Part shown: positions 26,901-32,000 of the stretch, one piece after another | How the letters are laid out: every line of letters starts with the position of its first letter | Position numbering within the stretch: position 1 is the first letter of the stretch | DNA from: Synechocystis sp. PCC 6803 substr. PCC-P | Lineage (GTDB): Bacteria > Cyanobacteriota > Cyanobacteriia > Cyanobacteriales > Microcystaceae | Direction of reading: 5' to 3' | Length of the DNA: 32,000 bases | Assembly: GCF_000284455.1 (NCBI RefSeq) | Contig: NC_017039.1 | Location: forward strand, 1,620,001-1,652,000 | The notes under the pieces: generated by a model | Database searches by the model: none | What the model was told of the DNA's origin: nothing | The model's input: only the letters and a program-made list of their open reading frames with translations | Program-made: the position numbers and the translations under genes

Positions 26901-27118
26901 CCACTGGTGCGGGGGCCGGTAGTCGGCAAGCATTGGGTACAGCGGTATTTGGCGGGATGTTGGTGGCCACTTTCCTCAGCCTATTTGTAGTGCCAGTTTT
27001 ATACATTGTGGTCAAAACTATCAGTGGAAGGCTTTTGGCACCCAAATCCACCAACCCCGAGCCTAGCCCCGAAATCGAATCCCACACCCCAGCCCCAGCG
27101 TCCCAAAGGAATAGCTAG
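23933..27118 (+). CDS. RND family efflux transporter permease (AcrB/AcrD/AcrF-like)
   Basis: The 1061-aa product starts MFVDFFIKRPVF. It shows the 12-TM, two-large-loop architecture and conserved TM4 region GLVVDDAIIVVE. Confidence 0.93.
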   Translation: MFVDFFIKRPVFSSVCAIIILLVGTISIFSLPIAQFPEVAPTTIQVSSNYSGANAEVVERAVTDILERQINGVQGMRYISSTSSNDGTSSITVTFDRSQNKDIAAVDVQNRVALAEPQLPEAVRRTGIRVNKESNALLLGIGITSPDGEYDNVFLSNYADRYLVDPIRRLEGVGDVRIFGERLYAMRLWVDPMKLAAQQLTMADLSRALQEQNLQVGAGQIGAEPAPPGQEYQLDLLASSQLVEVKDFEDLIVKSGASGSVVRFKDIGRVELGAQNYNSFLRFRGDEAVGLGIYQLLDSNALEVARLVKDEMARLAQNFPEGIEYSVAFDTTEFVQESLSEVVETLLIAVVLVILVILVFLQDWRSALIPALTIPLALIGTFAFVKVFNFSINSLTLFGLTLATGLVVDDAIIVVEQISRFIKVKHEDPQEAAQEAMGELTGAVIATSLVLMAVFIPVAFFPGTTGALYQQFALTIAFSILLSTFLALTLTPSLCALLLREGQEPPAFIAGFFNWFNRVLDIIKNGYGNVLGKLVNLRAWVIGVFVLLLGATAWLYVTVPTAFLPEEDQGYFITIIQAPQGVSLQYTSRVMAQVEKELLAVPEVTATFAVGGFSFSGNSPNQGIIFTRLKPWGERTAPNQSVQAIIGQMFGKFSQIPEANIIPINPPPIRGLGQFGGFDFQLQDLRVNSELDTMVGTMGEILGAANQNPALTRVFSTFQANNPQLIVNVNRNKAKSLGVPVDQIFQTMETALGSSYVNDFVLQGRTYRVYLQADEQFRSSPEDINSLYVRSESGTMIPMANLVTVTQGVGAPIITHYNLFRSIAITGSANFGVSTGQAMNAMAAIARQVMPPGFDFQWSGISLEEMGSQGQAPLIFGLGLLFVFLVLAAQYENYIDPVIILLSVPLAILGALTAQSLRGFPNDVYCQIGLVMLIGLSSKNAILIVEFANQLRAEGYPIAKAALEASKDRLRPILMTALSTLFGIFPLAIATGAGAGSRQALGTAVFGGMLVATFLSLFVVPVLYIVVKTISGRLLAPKSTNPEPSPEIESHTPAPASQRNS

Positions 27119-27191
27119 AATATGTGGGAAGAAAATAAATCTGGTCTTATTGTTACGGCAGGCTTTTTGAGCAGAATTCAGGGTTTAGCCA

Positions 27192-27365
27192 ATGAATCTC
27201 GACACCATTCAGCAAGATATTGCAGAACTTCCGCCTGAAGCCCAAGAAATTGTTTTTGACTTAGTCAAGAGTCTTAAAAAAGATCATGTTGCAAATTTGC
27301 CGGTCTCTTCCACAGACTGGTCAGATTTTATTGGTTGCATGGATGCAGAATCTGAATCTTTCTAG
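27192..27365 (+). pseudogene. VapB-like antitoxin, apparently frameshifted near its 3' end
   Basis: The 57-codon ORF encodes MNLDTIQQDIAELPPEAQEIVFDLVKSLKK...DFIGCMDAESESF*. The +1 frame continues NLNLSRKYKAYLHHELEKKYDHC* to 27420. That tail overlaps the PIN gene start by 14 nt, the usual toxin-antitoxin arrangement. Confidence 0.5.
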
Positions 27366-27406
27366 GAAATATAAAGCTTATTTGCATCACGAATTAGAAA
27401 AAAAAT

Positions 27407-27691
27407 ATGATCATTGTTGATACTGGCTTTTGGCTTGCCCTAGCTAATAAAAATGATGAGTTTCATATTCCGGCAGTGAATCTGTTTTATTCCCTACAAG
27501 ACGAGCAGTTTATAACAACTTGGTGTGTTATGACTGAAACTTGCTATCTACTGCAAAATCGGGTTGGAATTCATGCACCGCAGAGATTTATTAGAAAAAT
27601 TGGCTTAGGAAAACTCAATATCTTTGACATTAAACCTAGCCATTGTTCTCGCATTGAGCAACTTATGACGAAATATCGTGACTTGCTATAG
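27407..27691 (+). pseudogene. vapC: PIN-domain (VapC-like) toxin, C-terminal third missing
   Basis: It has MIIVDTGFWLAL (first acidic residue) and TTWCVMTETCYLL (conserved E/T). The frame stops at ...KYRDLL*, before the expected distal acidic residues. At 94 aa it is short of the roughly 130 aa usual for PIN toxins. Confidence 0.6.
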
Positions 27692-27708
27692 GGCTTCGTG
27701 TTTATAAT

Positions 27709-28467
27709 CTAGTTGCTTACCTCTGTATTTGAGCTTCGGAGTTTTTTTATTTCCTCTTTAGAAAAACCCAAAGAATGGAACTGGGATAAGTGTCTTTCTA
27801 TGAATTTCTGTCCACTGCTTGTTAAAATGTCAATATTTTGATTAAGTAATTTAATATCAGAATTAAGTTCTAGCAAAAAATTATGTGCTGTATTGATTAT
27901 GTTTGCTAGGCGTTGATCAACTGCATTAATTAAGATTTTTTTTGATAATTCATTATCTCCAAATTCTTTTTCAATACGCATTAAATCCTTCATAGCCTCC
28001 TGCATGGCTGCATCCTGTAATTCTTTATATTTTATAGTTCTTTCATATACTAAGTCTTGAGCTTGTTTTCGTAGACCAAGCTGGATGCTCCCAATCATAT
28101 TAATTGCATCAACATTTAACTGAGTTAGCTCCCGTTGTAGTCGCATCATCGCTTCAGATACGGCTTTCATTCTTTCAAATTCAGAATCTTTTCTGCATTC
28201 CTCAATTTCAGCTATTATTCTTACAATTTCAGTTTCTTTCTTTATTTGTAAGTCGATATCTGCTTCTTGCCTTTTTAACTCAAGATTGAGATTATACTCT
28301 TTTTCCTTTTGTTTGTTTTCTGCGTCAATGTTTATTTTGCCAATTTCTCTTTGATATTCCCATCTACGTAGAGGCTCACTGGCCCAATCCGTTGCAAGTT
28401 TAACTGGCGCGTAAATGATATCATCAAGTTTGTCAAACATTCCAAATATTTTTGATGTAATACCCAT
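27709..28467 (-). CDS. Hypothetical all-helical/coiled-coil protein (252 aa), last gene of the AT-rich operon
   Basis: A long ORF in stop-rich DNA of about 30% GC. GAGG lies 6-9 nt upstream of the ATG, and the ATG lies 1 nt after the upstream stop. I recognise no domain. Confidence 0.7.
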   Translation of the reverse strand: MGITSKIFGMFDKLDDIIYAPVKLATDWASEPLRRWEYQREIGKINIDAENKQKEKEYNLNLELKRQEADIDLQIKKETEIVRIIAEIEECRKDSEFERMKAVSEAMMRLQRELTQLNVDAINMIGSIQLGLRKQAQDLVYERTIKYKELQDAAMQEAMKDLMRIEKEFGDNELSKKILINAVDQRLANIINTAHNFLLELNSDIKLLNQNIDILTSSGQKFIERHLSQFHSLGFSKEEIKKLRSSNTEVSN

Positions 28468-28468
28468 T

Positions 28469-28942
28469 TTAACCTCTCAGTTTGTTAATTTCCTTTTCAA
28501 AAAGGATTTTGTCTTTTTCACATTGTAATTGCAATCGATTGTAAGTTTGTTTCGATTTATCTCCAATTTTTAATATTTCATCCAAGGCATTCATCTTTAT
28601 ATCTAATATTTCCAAGACTAATGAAGATTGATTATTGTTGATATTTGGCAAGCTATACGCATCTACAAGTAGCAAGAAAATTTTTACATAGATGGATGGA
28701 TTCAAATAATAATTTTCATCAGAAAAATACCTATTTTCTTTCAGCAAATGCCAATATGAGTTGAGCCAAACGATGAAATACTTTTCAATTGAAAGGGAAA
28801 TTAACTGTTTATCTTCCCTATATCTAAAGCTCGGTAAGTAAATAGTAGGCTCTTCATTCAAAAAATCATCAAGAAGATTTTTCCGCATAGCTCTAAGTGA
28901 GCTTAAAATGATTTGATAATCTTCCTGAATATGATTATTCAT
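28469..28942 (-). CDS. Hypothetical protein (157 aa), AT-rich operon
   Basis: The start overlaps the upstream stop (ATGAATAA). The core is aromatic-rich (YFIVWLNSYWHLLKENRYF). I recognise no domain. Confidence 0.65.
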   Translation of the reverse strand: MNNHIQEDYQIILSSLRAMRKNLLDDFLNEEPTIYLPSFRYREDKQLISLSIEKYFIVWLNSYWHLLKENRYFSDENYYLNPSIYVKIFLLLVDAYSLPNINNNQSSLVLEILDIKMNALDEILKIGDKSKQTYNRLQLQCEKDKILFEKEINKLRG

Positions 28943-29471
28943 CGTTAAGATTATCTGGTGCTTTTGCTTGAGTTGATTTTTTTAGTTCTTTTTTAGCCTC
29001 ACTTTTTAAGATTCCAATTGTATCAATTACTTGATTGGCTGCTAATTCAGAACTAACATCAAGGCTTTTCGTATAGCTTTTAACTAACTCTTGAATCCAA
29101 GCTGATGCAATGTCGGCATCAACTCCAGAATTTTTTAGAGTTTCACAAACTTCTCGTAGTCCATAGGTGAAAAACTGCGAACGCTCACGTCGTAAATCTT
29201 CTTGAATAGAATTAGCAAATTTTATTTCGTCTTTATGTTGCTGTAAAAGTTCAAGATAATGTTTTTCATATTCATACAAAATGGATAGTCTATTATCGTT
29301 TTCAATTTCCGTAATTAAATTATAAATCTCCTTAAGTAATATTTGTTTCTTGTTGCTATCTAGCTCAATCTTCTCAATACAAGCGTTAAGTCTTTCTTCG
29401 ATTTTTTTGATTTCCATATTTTTGCTTGATTTGTGTAAAATTACCTGGTCTGAAGTCAAATTATTGGTCAC
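28935..29471 (-). CDS. Hypothetical helical protein (178 aa from GTG 29471, or 160 aa from ATG 29417), AT-rich operon
   Basis: A long ORF in AT-rich DNA, tightly packed with its neighbours. I recognise no domain. Confidence 0.65.
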   Translation of the reverse strand: MTNNLTSDQVILHKSSKNMEIKKIEERLNACIEKIELDSNKKQILLKEIYNLITEIENDNRLSILYEYEKHYLELLQQHKDEIKFANSIQEDLRRERSQFFTYGLREVCETLKNSGVDADIASAWIQELVKSYTKSLDVSSELAANQVIDTIGILKSEAKKELKKSTQAKAPDNLNDE

Positions 29472-29473
29472 AT

Positions 29474-29593
29474 CTACATCAGCTCGAGTCCTTTTTTGAG
29501 AATAAACTTCGTGATCTTTACTTTTTTAAGACTTTCTTTGATTTCTTGTTGTATTTTAGATAAAAAATTAATCACTGGTTCATAGTCGGACAT
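29474..29593 (-). CDS. Small basic helical ORF (39 aa), possible first gene of the AT-rich operon
   Basis: It runs from ATG at 29593 to TAG at 29474-29476, which lies 2 nt before the GTG of the next ORF. It encodes MSDYEPVINFLSKIQQEIKESLKKVKITKFILKKGLELM. It is below the ORF-track cutoff. Confidence 0.35.
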   Translation of the reverse strand: MSDYEPVINFLSKIQQEIKESLKKVKITKFILKKGLELM

Positions 29594-29916
29594 CAGTGTA
29601 GAATTTTGAGACCTTTTCGTACAGTGATTCTAAGGTAAAAAGTAGAGTTCTAAAAACTTTGTTACTTAGAAAACTGCGTTTACGAGATTTTTTCGTCCCC
29701 CCTATATGAACTAAGTATTATAACTATTCTATGTTTATCGACTTTGGTCTCCAATTTACTGGAAGTAATTTTAACTTATTTTTACTGATCATCTTAAAGA
29801 TAGTAAAAAAACTTTACAAATTAATATCTACTGTCTTCTCGGCTAGAGTCAAACCTTACACTGAGTTGGTTAGAATACATTAAGAAATATTTCACTCATT
29901 CCTGAGAAAAATTACT

Positions 29917-31386
29917 ATGCCTCCTACTCTGCTCCTCTCCCAGGATTTACCCAGCCTCAACTACACCACCCCTGGCGATCGCCTCGATGGTAGATGGCGG
30001 GAATCTCTATCCACATTGCTGGGTTTGGGCAGGGCCGCCGGAGCGGATTTTGTTGAGTTTTTCCTCGAAAAGGTCAATTACGTCAGTTGCCTAGCGGAAG
30101 ACGATGCCATTACCAGCCTCACCCCCCGACTCTCCAGTGGTTGCGGTGTCAGGGTTTATAAAGGCAAAGGCGACTGCTACGTTAGCACCAACGATATTTC
30201 TTTCAATGGTCTCCGCACTGCGCTGGAAAAGGGTTTGTCAATTTTGGGCTTAACCTTACCGGCGGGCCAATCCTTTGTACCTGAACTGAACTTGGAAATG
30301 TTGCGGGACTATGCCGGAGCCAAGGAAAAGGATCAATGGTTACACCGTTGTAGCCCCATGCAGGAAATGAGCGATATTTTGCTGGGAGCTAACCAAAAAT
30401 TAGACCACTATGCTAGCCATGCCCAATCCCGACGGGCCGCCTATTTTCGCGATTGGCAGGAGGTTCTGGTAGCCGCTAGTGACGGCACCTTTGCCCGGGA
30501 CATCCGCCTGACCCAATCCGTAGGATTTTCCCTTTTTTGTGCTGATGGCGAACACCGCACTTCCATCGGTAAGCGTTCTGGGGACACCAGTAATCCCGAC
30601 TATCTACGCACTTGGGACGCAGAAACCTCTGCCCAGGAAGTCGCAGAATCCGCCGGGAAAATGCTCTACGCTGACTACGTGGAATCGGGCAATTATCCCA
30701 TCATTATGGCCAACCAATTCGGAGGGGTTATTTTCCACGAGGCCTGTGGTCATTTGTTGGAAACCACCCAAATTGAACATAAAACTACTCCTTTCCTCGA
30801 TAAAAAAGGGGAAAAAATTGCCCATGAAAACCTCACTGCTTGGGATGAAGGGCTGACAGATAACGCCTTTGGCACCATTGATATGGACGATGAAGGCATG
30901 CCCACCCAGCGCACTTTGCTGATCGAAAATGGCATTTTGAAAAATTTCATCGCCGATCGCACCGGTTCTATTCGCACTGGCCATCCCCGCACCGGCAGTG
31001 GTCGCCGCCAAAGCTATGCCTATGCGGCCGCTTCCCGCATGCGTAACACCTACATTGCCCCCGGTAATTATTCAGTGGATGACATTTTTAATTCCGTCGA
31101 AAAGGGCATTTACTGCAAGCAAATGGGGGGCGGTAGCGTGGGAGCCACAGGGGAATTTAACTTTGCGGTTTCTGAAGCTTACCTGGTGGAAAACGGCAAG
31201 TTGACTAAACCCCTCAAGGGCGCAACGTTAATTGGCACGGCCACGGAGATTATGAATAAAATTTCCATGTCTTCCCAGGATTTGGGACTAGCGGCGGGAT
31301 TCTGTGGTTCCGTCAGCGGCAGTGTCTATGTCACCGTCGGGCAACCCCACATTAAGGTTGATGGTATTACGGTGGGGGGACGTTAG
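29917..31386 (+). CDS. tldD: TldD family metalloprotease
   Basis: The 489-aa product has the HEACGH metal-binding motif and the glycine-rich C-terminal PmbA/TldD region ([13 protein letters not shown]). Confidence 0.9.
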
Positions 31387-31424
31387 TTTTCCTGGGAATT
31401 ACAAAATCTCCCTAATTCAACAAT

Positions 31425-32000
31425 TCAACTCAAGGTACGGGCGGAAACAAACCGCTCAATGCTTGCTAGGTCCCGGTGAATTTGAATATCTTGGTAGGCT
31501 CCACTAGCTCTCAAAAGTTCAGCAACCATGGGGGCCTGGCCGGTCATGATTTCCACCAACCAAAAACCTCCGGGCTTTAAATAAGTTGGCGATCGCCGAA
31601 TGAGTTGCTCCACTGCTTGCAGGCCATCGGGGCCGCCATCTAGGGCTAAAAGGGGTTCGTGCTTAATCACTTCCGGTTGTAACTGGGCCAATTCCCGTTG
31701 GGGAATGTAAGGCGGATTAGACACCATGCCCTGGACCTGGCCCTTCAGATGCTCTAGGGGTTCCCACCAATAACCTTGATGAAATTGAATCCGATCGCCA
31801 AACTGATTCAACTGGGCATTTTCTCTGGCGATCGCCAAAGCAGAGCCGCTGCAATCCACGGCATGGACTAGGGCCTGGGGAAACGTGGCGGCTAAACCTA
31901 GGGCAATGGCTCCACTCCCCGTACCCAAATCCACCCAATGGTCAGCGCAGTTAGACGGAGATAAGGCAGAATGCTCATGTTGCACTATGTCGATTATTAA
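31425..32000 (-). CDS. prmC: Peptide chain release factor N5-glutamine methyltransferase (PrmC/HemK), 5' end beyond the window
   Basis: It has SAM motif DLGTGSGAIALGLA and catalytic VSNPPYIP. The frame stays open to base 32000, so the N-terminal part is outside the window. Confidence 0.85.
   Translation of the reverse strand, partial: LIIDIVQHEHSALSPSNCADHWVDLGTGSGAIALGLAATFPQALVHAVDCSGSALAIARENAQLNQFGDRIQFHQGYWWEPLEHLKGQVQGMVSNPPYIPQRELAQLQPEVIKHEPLLALDGGPDGLQAVEQLIRRSPTYLKPGGFWLVEIMTGQAPMVAELLRASGAYQDIQIHRDLASIERFVSARTLS

Noticed and set aside
24023-27087. Numerous antisense or alternative-frame ORFs of 60-130 codons inside the RND gene. Similar ones occur inside wzm/wzt (512-706, 996-1301, 1294-1575), hemB, aroB, tldD and prmC.
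   Set aside because: Each is nested in a long ORF with clear family motifs. The products are low-complexity. This is typical of GC-balanced coding DNA.

Overview
The window looks like a cyanobacterial chromosome segment. It carries HIP1 GCGATCGC palindromes and two ISY100-type IS630 elements, and from memory the hemB-petL-aroB-RND order resembles Synechocystis PCC 6803. I saw no rRNA, tRNA or CRISPR array.

Bases 1-18300 hold a co-directional, ABC-transporter-dependent surface-glycan locus. It contains a Wzm/Wzt-like exporter, a CBS-DegT aminotransferase, a KpsS/KpsC-like protein, several GT2/GT4 glycosyltransferases and an FkbM methyltransferase. It also has two sialyltransferase-like DUF115 paralogs and a translationally coupled block of cyclase, cytidylyltransferase, 2-hydroxyacid dehydrogenase and SDR genes. 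The locus is a compositional mosaic with four independent lesions:
- an IS4-family element, itself interrupted by ISY100, truncates wzt and a TIM-barrel gene;
- a second, frameshifted ISY100 splits the aminotransferase;
- a 10-bp tandem duplication breaks one DUF115 gene.

Bases 18300-20300 hold small cyanobacterial accessory genes (a PD-(D/E)XK/DUF3782-like gene and a DUF29 gene). Each is preceded by a copy of a roughly 80-120 nt repeat.

Bases 20300-27100 are core genes: a GT2, hemB, petL, aroB and an orphan RND pump.

Bases 27100-29900 are the most interesting part. A damaged VapBC-like pair abuts a sharply AT-rich, HIP1-free operon of four tightly coupled ORFs. Their products look all-helical and I cannot assign any of them to a family. 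This is a candidate acquired, undescribed system.

The window ends with tldD and a partial prmC.
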